Position numbers and translations under genes: made by a program. A DNA stretch of 64,000 nt from the human T2T-CHM13v2.0 reference genome, Homo sapiens. The notes below the pieces were generated by a model. The model was not told where the DNA came from, made no database searches, and saw only the letters and a list, made by a program, of their open reading frames with translations. Below are positions 15,010 through 27,490 of this stretch, one piece after another (positions within the stretch are counted from its first letter, which is position 1; each line of letters opens with the position of its first letter). Location of the stretch: NCBI RefSeq assembly GCF_009914755.1, contig NC_060928.1, one strand, 5' to 3'.

Positions 15010-18000
15010 CCAAAAGTTTTTCCTTAATCATGCTTTCTAGATGGAAGATTTATCAATGGATTCCCGTAACTTTGATGGCACAATTGCAGAAAGGTCCCTA
15101 AGTATGGAAATTTCACTTTTTCACAGTCTGGTTCCTGCCAGGTTCACCTGTCTTCTCTCTTGCTCTTCTCCTAGGTGTACATGCTGTTTGCTTAGGAATT
15201 TGTACAGTTCTTTGACATTTTTTCTCCTTTCTTTTAAAATTGTTCTTCTCTATGTTGAATCCCCTCCTGCTTCCTTTCTGCTTGGCTAATTATTTCTAGT
15301 TTCAGCTTGGGAAATAGATGAAGAAGTTGTATATCTCTTACCAATTTTTCAGTTTTCAACAGTCCCCAAACAAATTGTATGCAGCACCATGAGCCTACAA
15401 AATTACCTTAAAGTACAGCAAACGATTGCATTAAAATATCACCTTTTATCCCTAGGAGGAGACTGTGCAAATATTCAAAAGCGATGGTTTGTAGTTAGCA
15501 GGGAATACAGGGCAAGCCAGCTCTTGTTTTTAAATGTTATGCCCAGAAGAGATCTTTGAAATTTTATAAACAGATGGATTCTTTTTGCTTGATTCGCTAA
15601 TGTTTTACAATTAACTAATTAACAGGTTTATTGCCAAAATTAGCAATAAAAAGTGTTCAGGAGCTTCGACCAAAGCAGTCTTTTGCAATTACATAGTTAC
15701 CAAAACAATCTGCATGATAGTTTGAGGCTAAACGTTGCTCAAATCAGAATTTCACCTGCTGTTTTCAAATAAAAGTTGACAAATACAAAAATGAACCCTG
15801 TAGATTTTCAGACTCCTTTCATATACACAAGCCTCTGCCTTAATTAATAATAATTACAGGTAACACAAACTATAGTTGGAAGGCTTAAATGTACCCAGAT
15901 TGCTTTCAAGTGTGCAAAACTGCTTAGCAAACACAGTTCTGAAGGACTATCAGGAACCATTTTTATGTAAAGTCCATCTGCTGTCCTCTAGCTAGCAGGA
16001 CCTTAAATGACCTATTCAACCTGATTTCCTACTGTTCCCTACTACAAGCCAGGTCACTCTCCTGTCTTGGGAGTTATCATTAGACTGCCCCTCTGATGTT
16101 ACCCCTCATCTCTCTCCAGCACACTGCAAGTTTCTACTATAGGCAAACCCTTGGAGTTCCTTGAAGACACCACACTCTGTATCCTGCTTGGGCATGAGCT
16201 ATTTTTCTGTCTGGAATACTTTCTAAGCTCCTTCAGGATTTAGCTTGGGCATTACCTCTTTTGGGATATATTCCCTGATCGACCCCTATTCGTGTCTCCA
16301 GAAGGTAGAATGAAGCTTAGGAGGGGAAGGAGGGTTTTCCTTTTGGTGTTCTTTCACTCAACTGCAAGCACTTCCAGAGAAGAAATGTGATTTCGATTTT
16401 TTAAAAAAATTCTAAGCTCAGTGAATATCAGTTGGAAGGAAGGAAGGAATAAAAGGAGGGAGAAAAAGAGAAACCAAGCTTTTGTTTGTTTCAGTATCTT
16501 CAGTACAGACTGTTCTGTCTGCCCAAAACCCTTTGGCTTATATTTCTAGGTTCGTTTCTCAGAACCTCATGTAAGTTTCAGTTTCTACCAACACAGCTGT
16601 TCCTGCTGTTTTTGAGCCTTGCTATAGCCCTTTATTTTTTCTGGCATGAAATCTGTTTCACCAATTAGGCTATAAGCTTCTTGAGTTGGAAGGTATCAGC
16701 ACTCAAAGGGGCTTAGAGGTACATATCACCCATTCTAACAATTTTCCCAATGTGGGAATTCCACTGGCCACAGTTCAGGCACTTCTGCTAATTCTCTTGA
16801 AGTTTCTTTGGTGTCCGGACCTTGATAAGCACTTTCTGTGCATGACTAACAATTAAACATTCCTGTGTTTAACAAGATTAAATACTGTTCTTGTGACTTT
16901 ACTGATGTATTAAATTAATTATCCTTGTATTTTTACCCTGCTATGTTCCAAAAGAAATACATGCAGTTGAATACAATTCAGTTATGATCTCTTAACCCCG
17001 TGGTATGGCCGGAGTAGTAAATTAAAGTTCAGTATATATGCCTTTATTTAAGTTCCAAGAGGCAGTTTAGTCGACATTTTCTCCTGGAAGCCCTCCACAA
17101 CTTCTCCATTAGAAGGTAGGTGTTTCTTATCTGTAGTTCCAATGCACTACTGTGCTTACCTTTATCATAACACTTATTAGACTTTGTATAACAAAATTTT
17201 GTCCTCTGATTTTACCTGCTTCTTCCACTAGGCTGTAAGTACCTAGAAGGCAGTGACAGTGTCTTCTTCTTGGTGTGGCTGCAAACACAGGGCCTAGGAT
17301 GTGGTACCCTTCTCCCAATCCATCCTCCATGCTGTTGCATGAGCTCTCCTCCTGATAGAACCAAACCTGCATCCAACACTTCCCTGCAAAAAATCCCCTG
17401 AAGGCTCAGGATCTTCTGTAGGAGAAAGTGCAAGCTCTTCATTTTGGAATAGATATCTTTCATAATATGTCTCAATCTACCTCCAAGTCTCATCTCCACC
17501 CTCAATGAAAGCACTCAAAACTTCTCAGGATTTACATATCCATAACTTGTGTGTTACCTTAAACTTTGAGTGGAGAAAACAATCTTTCTCTTCATTCATC
17601 CCTGCTAGATAAATATTTCTCCACTTGGAAATGCCCTCATTTTTCCTTCAAGATTTAGCTCAAATATTATGTACTCCTTGGTATTTAAAAAAATTCTTTG
17701 ACCCAACCAACCTCATAGTGATCATTCAACTAAAATTTCATTATGCAAGTAATATGAGACAGAACTGAGAGACAGGGACTCACTATGCAAACATAGAACC
17801 TCTATACTTGTTTGCTTCACTCATCCAGCTGGGTAGGAATCTTGATCATGTTGTTCTTGTATTTCTCTTTGGCAAAGTAAAATGTCTGGCAAGTTATGAT
17901 AGTTTGCATGAATATGTTCTTGGGCATCTCTTAGTTGTTGATTTGTTGTCAACTTAAAGTCAATATTCCATTTTAACAACTAGTCTTTGTACGCATCACT

Positions 18001-18177
18001 TATGAAAATGCAAATGACTATAGACAGAATTTTCATGAATGAAATTTTTCAGATCTCTATAGTAGAGAACTCTCTGTATTAATTCTAGAAGCTGACAATA
18101 TCTTCTTGCTACCATCTTTCAGATCTGTCCTTGTAAAATTCCATTCTTTCCCTTTAACAATTTCCTGTAGTTAATTT

Positions 18178-18231
18178 TTGTATTAACATTGTCTTTAGCA
18201 TTGTATTAACATTGTCTTTAGCATTGTATTA
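18178..18231. repeat. 23-bp tandem duplication (TTGTATTAACATTGTCTTTAGCA x2.3)
   Basis: Exact repeat read from the sequence. Confidence 0.9.
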
Positions 18232-18718
18232 TACATAATGCTTTTTTTTTACATAATGTATGGAGAATTAGGTATACAACTTCCCTACTGATAATGGTAA
18301 TACTGATAATAACAATTTTAATGCTCAAAGTCCTTGCATATTTTATTAAACTGTATACCATTATTTTATCCTACTTTCTTCAGGGGCTGAGCAGACACTA
18401 TTCAGGCAACTTTAAAATAAATACAAGCCTTATTAACTGTCATCTTTTTGTTAAACAGTAATCTGTTGCTTTGCTTTTCATGGTGGAATAGTGCTGTATG
18501 GGAAGAGATATAGCCCATAATGAATGAAATTTTGTATGCTCACAAGTACTAAGGGAGTTAACACACTGTCTTGGCATGCAGGCATTGCTGTCAGACAAAC
18601 CCATATCCAAGATCCAGAGCAGCCTACAATAAATCAAACCAGGAGCACTCAATTCTACTAGGTCTTCTCTCCTCTCCTCTCTGCCTCAGAGAGAACACAT
18701 CTGAATAGATGTGTATAC

Positions 18719-18875
18719 TGTGAAAGGAAAATAAATCTTGGGGCTCCCAAATCACAAAGCTAAAGGGAAAAGTCAAGCTAGGAACTGTTTATGGCCAACA
18801 TGCCTCCCATTCTATTCAAAGTCATCCCTCTGCTCTCTGAGATAAATGCATATCTGATTGTCTCCTTTGGAGAGG
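18719..18875 (+). mobile_element. MER4A-like ERV1 LTR, 5' ~157 bp only
   Basis: TGTGAAAGGAAAATAAATCTTGGGGCTCCCAAATCACAAAGCTAAAGGGAAAAGTCAAGCT...GATAAATGCATATCTGATTGTCTCCTTTGG matches the recalled MER4A 5' end, then stops abruptly. Confidence 0.8.
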
Positions 18876-21741
18876 TTTTTATTTCCAACTTATTCCACTG
18901 TAGTCTGAGAGAGTACTTGATATAATTTCGATTTTCTTAAATTTACTGGGACTTGTTTTGTGGCTTATCATGTGGTCTGTCTTGGAGAATGTTCCATGTG
19001 CTGATGAAAATAATATATATTCTGCAGTTGTTGAGTAGAATGTTCTGCAAATATTTCTTAAGTCCATTTGTTGTAGGGTATAGTTTAGGTCCATTCCTTT
19101 GTTGACTTTGTCTTGATGACCTATCTAGTGCTGTCAGTGGAGTATTAAAGTCTCTGACTATTATTGTGTTGCCATCTATCTCATTTCTTAGGTCTAGTAG
19201 TAATTGTTTTATAAATTTGGGAGATCCAGTGTTAGGTGCATATGTATTTAGAATTGTGATATTTTCCTGTTGGACTAGTTCTTTTATCATTATATAATGT
19301 CCCTCTTTGTCTTTTTTAACTGCTGTTGCTTTAAAGTCTGTTTTGTCTGATATAAGAATAGCTATTCTTGCTTGCTTTGGGTGTCCATTTGCATGGAATA
19401 CCTTTTTCCACCCCTCTACCTTAAGTTTATGTGAGTCCTTATGGTTTAGGCGAGTCTCCTGAAGACAGCAGAAAGTTGGTTGGTGAATTCTTATTCATTC
19501 TGTCATTCTGTATCTTTTAAGTGGAGCATTTAGGCCATTTACATTCAATGTTAGTACTGAGATATGAGGTACTATTCTATTCATCATGCTATTTGTTGCC
19601 TGAATACCTTTTTTTTTTTCATTGTGTTATTGTTATATCGGTCCTGTGAGATTTATGCTTTAAGGAGGCTCTGTTTTGACATGTTTCCAGGATTTGTTTC
19701 AAGATTTAGAGCTCCTTTTAGCAGTTTTTGCAGTGCTGGCTTGGTAGTGGCGAATTCTCTCAGCACTTGTCTGGAAAAGACTGTTATCTTTCCTTCATTT
19801 GTGAATCTTAGTTTCACTGGATACAAAATTATTGGCTGATAATTGTATTGTTTAAGGAGGCTAAAAAAGGACCCCAGTCCCTTCTAGCTGTAGGGTTTCT
19901 GCCGAGAAATCTGCTGTTAATCTGGTAGGTTTTCCTTTACAGATTACCTGATCCCTTTGCCTCACAGCTCTTAAAGATTCTTTCCTTCTTCTTGACTTTA
20001 GATAACCTGATGACTATGTGCTTAGGTGACGATCTTTTTGTGATAAATTTCTCAGGTGTTCTTTGAGCTACTTGTATTTGGATGTCTAGATCTCTAGCAA
20101 GGCCAGGGAAGTTTTCCTTGTTTATTCCCTCAGACATGTTTTCCAAACTTTTAGATTTCTCTTCTTCCTTAGGAACACCACTTATTCTTAGGTTTGGATG
20201 TTCAACATAGCCCCAAATTTCTTGGAGGCTTTGTTCATTAAAAATTGTTTTTTTCTTTGTCTTTGATAGATTGGGTCAATTCAAAAGCCTTGTCTTCAAG
20301 CTCTGAAGTTTTTTCTTCAACTTATTTGAATTTATTGCTGAGACTTTCTAGTACATTGTGCATTTCTCTAAGTGTGTCCTTGATTTTCTGAAGTTGTGAT
20401 TGTTTTTTATTTATGCTATCTATTTCACTGAAGAATTTTCCTTTCATATCTGGTATCATGTTTTTTATTTCTTTAAGTTGTACTTCACCTTTCTGTGATG
20501 CCTCCTTGATTAGCTTAATAATGGACCATCTGAATTCTTCTTCTAGCAATTCAGTGATTTCATCTTGGTTTGGATTCATTGCTGGTGCACTGGTATAATC
20601 TTTTGGGGGTATTAAAGAAACTTGTTTTGTCATATTACCATAATTATTTTTCTGGTTCCTTCTCATTGATAGAAGGAAGATCTGAATTCAAGGGCTGCTC
20701 TTCAGATTCTTTTGTTGTATGGGGTGCTCCCTTGATGTGGTGTTCTCCCCCTTCCCCTAGGAATAGGGCTTCCTCAGAGCCGAACTGTAGTGACTGTTTT
20801 TGCTCTTCTGGGTCTAGCAACCCAGAGGAGCTACCAGGCTCTGGGCTGGTACTGGGGAATGTCTGCAAAGAGTCCTGTGATGTGATCCATCTTCAGGTCT
20901 TGCAGCCATGGATACCAGCACCTGCTCCAGTGGAGGTAATAGGGGAGTGAAGTGGACTCTGTAAGGGTCTTTGGTTGTGTTTTTGTTTAGTGCACCTGTT
21001 TTGTGTGAGTTGGCCTCCAGCCAGGAGGTGGTGCTTTCAAGAGTGCATCAGCTGTGATCCTATAGGGAGGATGCAAACTTATCCTAGGGACATCTGGGCA
21101 AGTGTTCAGGTTTCTCAGGTGGTGGGCAGGGCCATAGAGCTCCCAAGAGATTGTGACCTTTGTCTTCTGCTATCAGGGCAGGTAGAGAAAGACCACCAGG
21201 TCGGGGCAGGGATAGGCGTGTCTGAGCTCAGCCACTCCTTGAGCAGGGCTTGCTGTGGCTGCTGTGGAGGATAGGGGTGTGGTTCCCAGTCCAATGGCAT
21301 TATATTCCCAGGGGTATTATGTCTGCTTCTGCTGAGCCATACAGGTTGCCAGGGAAGTTGGGGAAAGCTCGCAGTCTCAGACCTCACCCCACTCCCATGC
21401 AGCCTGCAGTCCCAAAGGCCGGTCTCACTCCCACTGTGGCCCATCAACAGCACCAAGTCTGTTTCCAGGCAGCTGTTGACTGGAGTTGAGAACTTGCTCC
21501 AGACCATGAGCCTCCCCATTGAGAAAGCAAGCCAACTTAGTTTTTCAACATCTCAGCAAGCCTGCAGCACTAATTCAGTTCCTTCAAAGGGTTTGTGGAT
21601 TCTCTCAGCTTTCCTGATATTTCCTGGTATTTCCTGAGGTAATTCTTAAAGCAAAAGTTCACTATGTGTGTTCACTTAAAGCAGAGTTCACTATGTCTGT
21701 CATAGCAGGAGCTGCAAGTCCTGCCACCTATCCACCATCTT
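18876..21741 (-). mobile_element. LINE-1 (L1PB-type) 5' half: 5' UTR, ORF1 and endonuclease start of ORF2; 3' portion missing
   Basis: ORF1 fragments (MRRNQKNN..., ENFPGLARDLDIQIQ) and ORF2 start at 19584 (MNRIVPHISVLTLNVNGLNAPLKRYR; ILNTYAPNTGSPKFIKQ). 5' terminus on the minus strand reads AAGATGGTGGATAGGTGGCAGGACTTGCAGCTCC. Confidence 0.9.
19620..20666 (-). pseudogene. Disrupted L1 ORF1p coding region (L1PB-type)
   Basis: ORF-track pieces 20322-20666 and 19937-20146 resemble ORF1p coiled-coil/RRM segments; frameshifts lie between them. Confidence 0.8.
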
Positions 21742-21813
21742 AATCTCCTATCCACCATCTTAATCTCCTATCCGCCATCTTAATCTCCTATCTGCCATCT
21801 TAATCTCCTATCC
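21727..21813. repeat. 20-bp tandem repeat (CCTATCCRCCATCTTAATCT) x~4.3, derived from the L1 5' terminus
   Basis: Four units read directly; each contains a YY1-type AAGATGG(C/T) motif on the minus strand. Confidence 0.92.
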
Positions 21814-22254
21814 CTCTTTCTTAAAACTTAATGTTTTTCCAATGCCCTACAAAAAAACACTTATTATTATACTTTAATAAGATGATGTCAGGGAGGAGGG
21901 CATGTTGAGAGTTTTAAAGAAAATAAGAAGGGCTCGAGTGGGGCAGTTAACTGCCAGAGCTCATTCTTCTTCTTTCTAGGGCCCAGGTCTCCTCTAGGTA
22001 TGCAAAGGCCTATGACAATATTTTAAAAGATACAATTTGTTCAAGAGAGATAGGATTACTTTCAAAGCACAATAAAAGGGAATATAGAGGTTCTAGAAAC
22101 TCATAATCTTGCAGAATTGGGAAAGCCAAAAGATCTGAAAGCAGCAACTAGCAAAGCCTGTCAGTAGATAAAATGACTCAGGATAAAATCACATTAATGG
22201 TGTGGCTACCACATTCATTGTTCCAGATAATATTAAAATATCTACCATTAAACT

Positions 22255-22303
22255 GAGAGAGAGAGAGAGAGAGGGAGGGAGAGAGGGAGAGAGAGAGGGA
22301 GAG
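22255..22303. repeat. (GA)n / GGGAGA microsatellite
   Basis: Read directly. Confidence 0.9.
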
Positions 22304-23194
22304 GTGGGGGACAAGAAAACAAAGAAGTAAATTATATTTAAAAACAAAGTTTCTAAGAGCACTTATGATATCATTATTTGTACATGTAAATGACTGGAAG
22401 CAAATAAATCAGAAGTTTATTAAATTTATAGGAAAGCTTTATTGGCAAAGAAAATACAAACCTGGATTTTAAAAAATATGCTTCTAAGATTTAAAACAAT
22501 GCTTGGGTTTTAACTTTCTGTAAGCACTTTAAGGAAACCAAAATGGAAATTAATGCTGCATTACTGGTATTGTTTATGTAAGAAAGATGACAAGGCAGTC
22601 AACTTGAGAAACTTAATTTGAAGAGAGGACATTCGATTCACATCCAAAGATTGGTAGCTACTAATATCTTAGGTATGTATGCATCACTTTTATAATTACA
22701 ACAAAAGAGATCTTCTAATAACCTTCAATCTATATGTACATTTTAGTTAACTTGTAGTAGACTATGTGTATAGAATGTTTCTTGGAGGTGTTAATTTTGT
22801 TGTAGTTTGGGATAAGAAGGCAGGATTATATCTCAGCATTGCCCATCAAACAGCTTTTTAGTGGCCGTTTTACATCCTTCATTCTTGAAAAAGTTGTTGG
22901 GTGATCTCTCTTTAGTCAATCCTTTTTAATTCTTTGTTCCTGCTTCTTACCTTCTTCATTGTTTCTGTCTTCTGCAGTCTTTCCCCAAGTTTTTAGCCTC
23001 TGGATTTAGGTCTATTTTTTTTATACCCAAATAAATATTGATATATTTTGTATAACATTGATATTGTCATATTGATCTATTTTGTATAACAAAGGTAGTT
23101 CTTATCCTTAGGAGGAATTTTTTGTCTTTGATTTTAAAAATTAACTGTTTTTCTTAACGACTTTTATTGGTTGTTTTGTGCCATTATAAATTTG

Positions 23195-23375
23195 CCAATC
23201 TCTTCCACATACTATCTTATTTAAAGCCTCATAACAACCTTAGCAGGAAGGTATTATAAGTTTCATTTTACAGATAAGAAAATAGAAGACTAGAGAAGTT
23301 AACTTGCCCAAGGCCATAAGCTAGAAGTGGTTAAATTTAGTCATGAAACCAGAATTGCCTGACTCCTGTGCTCCT
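23195..23375 (-). mobile_element. MIR SINE
   Basis: CATTTTACAGATAAGAAAATAGAAGAC...AACTTGCCCAAGGCCA core. Confidence 0.7.
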
Positions 23376-25495
23376 ATGCTCAGGCTTTCTTATCATAATA
23401 TCACATTGCCTTCTACCCCTTTTGGTATCACTTGAGCCTCAGCTATATCCAGCTCTAAACCACCAGCATTATCTAATTTCTTTCAATGCTAAACTAAATG
23501 GAAACTGAACAATCCACTTTTTCTAATCTACTATGGTGGGGGTGCGGAGGCGGATTTGGGACTAGTTTTTCCCCTATCCAGTCAAACCAAACATAATGAA
23601 AGTTCCTCTATAATTTTCCTCTAAAATGATTTCAGTTCAGACATTCAGTTCTCTCTTCAGCATGATCATTAGACTATTAGCTTCAAAATGACAGTTTTGT
23701 GCATTTTTCATCTGTGGATCTCTAATATCTCCCAATATGCCCAGCATGTAGTAGGCATCCATATTTATTAAATTGAAGAGTTCTTTTCTCCTTTTTGTTG
23801 CAACTTACAACTTCCCTTAGATTTCCTCTCCAACCCTCATTTAGTCTGATGGTCATCTCCCAGGTGACTTGGCTCAAGTCATTGAGTATGTGTGACTCAA
23901 GAGTCTCACAAAATTCCAAAAGTATTGTTCTTTGAGAAGAGAATAGAATTACTAAGAGAGAAAATAATATAAATAAAAGCAATAAAAATGAAAATAAAAA
24001 TTATTTCTACCTCCCAAATTATCAAAAATAAAACTAAGATGATACTCGGTACTGGCAAGGGTGCAATAAAAGGAACAGGCTCATTTTTGCTGCTGAGACC
24101 ATAAAGTGGTACAACCTTTGTTCAAAAGTAATTTGTCAATGTGATCAAAAGCTGAAAAAGCATTCTTACTGTCGACTTAATTTCCTAAATGAGGAAAAGG
24201 CTTTACATGTGAAAATTCTCATCACAGCTTTATCTTTAAGAAGCCATCCACCACCTAAATGTCCAGAAATATTAAAATATGATTACATAGGCTATAGTAA
24301 TTCATATTAGCATAGTACTATACATCCATTTAAATTATGTTTAGAATAACTTATAATAATGTATAAAATTCTGTTTTTCTTAGGCTGGTCCTTTAGGAAG
24401 GAGAATCTGAGATGAAGGCTTGTGTGCAGGTCTTTTTTTTTTTTTTTAGGATGAGATTCCATGGTGCAAGTATGCAGAACACAAGAGAGTGGCATAGAAA
24501 GAGCCAAAATAAGGATGTGTTTTTGTGTTGTTCATGGCTGACTGGAGTTCAAACCTGCCAGGACCTTCAGAGGTGTCTTATCAAACAGAGGTCAGAACTA
24601 TCTTCCTTAGTAACAAAATGGGGAGATCCTGCCTCTCTTTGGTCAAGAGCGGCCTCATGCACAAAACTCCAGTTTGTACATAGGGTCCCCACGAGTGCCC
24701 CTGTTTGTAGAATCAGAGAAACCTTCATGCTGGAAGCAAAAGTCTGCATGAGACCCTCTCCAACTGTGCCTGCCTGAAGCCCTTCAAAGCCTGCATGGAA
24801 CTTGCCACTCTTGCAGTGCTTGGAGTTAGTGGTGAGATTGAGGGGTTAGTGGACTGATATAGATTCTCCATTAACTCCAAGATGCACTCATTTTATTGTT
24901 ATAATGTTGTGAGAGAAAGCTAGGAGCTAAAGTTACATACTCAGTAATATCTCAATTGATTCATACATTCTGTAATCTGTTGAGTGCCAGATATGTCCCT
25001 GGTTCTGTGAAATCAAAGAATAGGACAAAACTCTTTTCCTCTTGGGAGCATACATTCTAGTGCAGGAAGAGGGTTTTGGGACAGGGCTGGGTAACAGACA
25101 ATAAACAAGTAAATATGCAAAGTAATTAAGTAATGATTAGAGCTAGGCTAGAAGTGAACAGGTGCAAAACAAATTAACAATGCAACAACACTTAGCAAAA
25201 CGACTCATTAAAGATACAACAAAACGTTATCAGTGGTAGTTCCTGAGTAGTAGAACTTATTTCATAATATTTCTGTATTTTCTAAATTTCCTATAGTCAG
25301 CATAAACTTTTCTTAATAATCAGAAAAATCACAATACAATTATTATTAAAAATTATTAAAGGAAAAGTCATTCATCACTACCTGGGTAGCCCCTGGAAAT
25401 GTATCTATACCCCACTCTGTACTTGGTCTTCTTTCTGTGTGGCTTTGAGCTTTTCACAGCCTTTCAGAAATTTCACACAGGGAAAACAGATGTAT

Positions 25496-25496
<1 letters not shown>

Positions 25497-25529
<33 letters not shown>
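25497..25529. repeat. (GT)n microsatellite
   Basis: About 16 GT units. Confidence 0.95.
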
Positions 25530-25532
<3 letters not shown>

Positions 25533-25823
25533 AAAAATAAAATCCCTGAAAACAGGGACATTTCCAATGTTGCTGTGCCCTTAACACAGAACTTGGTGAG
25601 CCAGTGCTTCTGAAATACAACTTATCCCATTTTCTACTTGCTAACAAGGCCAGCGATCCATGAAGTTGATTCTTTTTTGGGTTTTGGTGCCGGAGCATTT
25701 AAATGAATGGTTTGAGAGTAAAGTCTATTACTGTATGCAGCATAGCCAGCAATTGTTTAAATTCAGAATAAAGTATGGATAGAGTTACATTTTCCGTTTT
25801 CAAGGTGCCTACCTAGTACTGTG

Positions 25824-26007
25824 ATTGGCAACTCAACACTGCTTTCCTGTTCCCTATTACAAGGTGTAGCCAGAAACACAAATCTTTAAGGGACTCTGCC
25901 GCTTACCATCTGCTTGATACTCAGGGTCTCCAAATGGCCCCAAAAGGTGGTGGCTGTTTGCAGCACTCGGACTTTTGAATTATATTAAGTACCAATCTGA
26001 ATTTTCT
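25824..26007 (+). repeat. Copy A of a 184-bp dispersed direct duplication
   Basis: Gap-free alignment to 27307-27490 with 13 mismatches by hand count; offset 1483 bp. Confidence 0.95.
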
Positions 26008-27306
26008 ATTTGGCTGACCTCTAAAGAATGACAGAGGAGACCAATGCAGACATCAAGTGTTCAGCAAAGCAACCTTTCGGGACAATAGTTGCTCCCGTCC
26101 CGGATGCCAGTGTGACCAATTCAGCAATTCTGTCTTTCCCAGGGATAAAATGAATATTGTGTCAGTGAAGCTAGAATCATAGAGTGATGATCTGAGAATC
26201 AGTGAGAAGAAAGACACTGACCTTGGAGAGGTTTAAGAATGCCTTACAAATAGCTATCCAGAACATAATTAAAGGCATTTTAACATCATAAGCCTTGAAG
26301 AATGCAAACCATCACTACTGCACACTGGGGAGTAAAAGATACTGCTTTTATAGCTGCAGAGCTTATGGTCAGAAGTGATATGAAATATTAGAAATGTGAC
26401 AGTTTTATAATAATTTTATTCTTGCTCATTGTGATAATTTTCATTTGCAGCTTTTTACCTTTGAATATCTTGAATTGCATTAAGCCTTTCTCACTCCATC
26501 TTTGTCCTGTAACATTAGGGGCCGTGGTTTTAATCTAAGGAATTACAGTAAATGCTACAGGCACAAGGAAACAGATAATGGTGTTTATGATGCTCTTGTT
26601 ATTTGAAGAATTAAAAGTTCTGAGTGAATTTATATCCCAGTTAATAAAAGTAATAGAGCCCTAAATGAAATATGGCCTCTTCTTTCTTTTTATATTGTCA
26701 CTAACTCTTCCTATATCCTATTTCCTCTCTTAGTTGCTGTGTATTTTGGCTATGGAAAGGGGGACAGAATCGTTTCTGTCAATTAATTTATTCTGCTCTG
26801 TTTTTTTCTTATCTGTATTCTTCTCCCAAATACCATATGCATTCTCTTTTTTTAATAACCCAAGTTAGAATTAGCACTAGAGCTCATCTCGTTTAAATAT
26901 TTTAATTTCTCAGGTGAGGTAAAATACAGTCATAAGGCAACATAGCAGCAGAACCAGGACTAAAGTCTAGACCCAACACCATGAAAACAGTAGCTGACAC
27001 TCACTGAGCATTTGCTAGGTGACAGGCAGAAGCTCTAAACACTTTGCACGCACAAACAATTTTAAGCTTCAGAGTGTCTGTATGAGATAGGACTTGCTAT
27101 TCTTGTCACCCCCATTTCATAGTAGAGTAAACTGAGACACAGGAACTCTAGGGTACATACCCAAGGTGATACACTTCCTGGGTGCCTCTAGCTGAATAAA
27201 ACGGGTTGTTGGACCTGAACTTGCACATTCTGCTGTATTCGAGTGCCCGAGGATCTTCACAAGGTTCTTTCCTTCCTTTCTTGTCCCAGAATGCTTTCTA
27301 GGAAGT

Positions 27307-27490
27307 ATTGGCCACTCAACATTCCTTTCCTGTTCCTTATTACAAAGTGTTGCCAGAAGCACAAATCTGTTAGGGACTCTGCCGCTTACCGTCTGCTTGA
27401 TACTAAGGGTCTCCAAATGGCCCCAAAAGGTGGTGGCTGTTTGCAGCACTCGGACTTTTGAATTGCATTAAGTACCAATCTGAATTTTCT
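27307..27490 (+). repeat. Copy B of the 184-bp dispersed direct duplication
   Basis: Aligns to 25824-26007; followed by a second copy of its last ~22 bp at 27503-27524. Confidence 0.95.

Noticed and set aside
20570-21519. Cluster of 74-134 aa overlapping ORFs
   Set aside because: They lie within the GC-richer L1PB 5' UTR, where chance ORFs are common.
25958-25976. REST/NRSE site in the duplicated core
   Set aside because: CAGCACTCGGAC is one base short of canonical CAGCACCNNGGACAG spacing and lacks the right half-site, so it was not called as a feature.
27117-27461. 110-aa (-) and 72-aa (+) ORFs overlapping duplication copy B as coding genes
   Set aside because: Non-ATG starts and no recognisable domain; the minus ORF runs into a MIR. 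The duplicated block has stops in all three minus frames in copy A.
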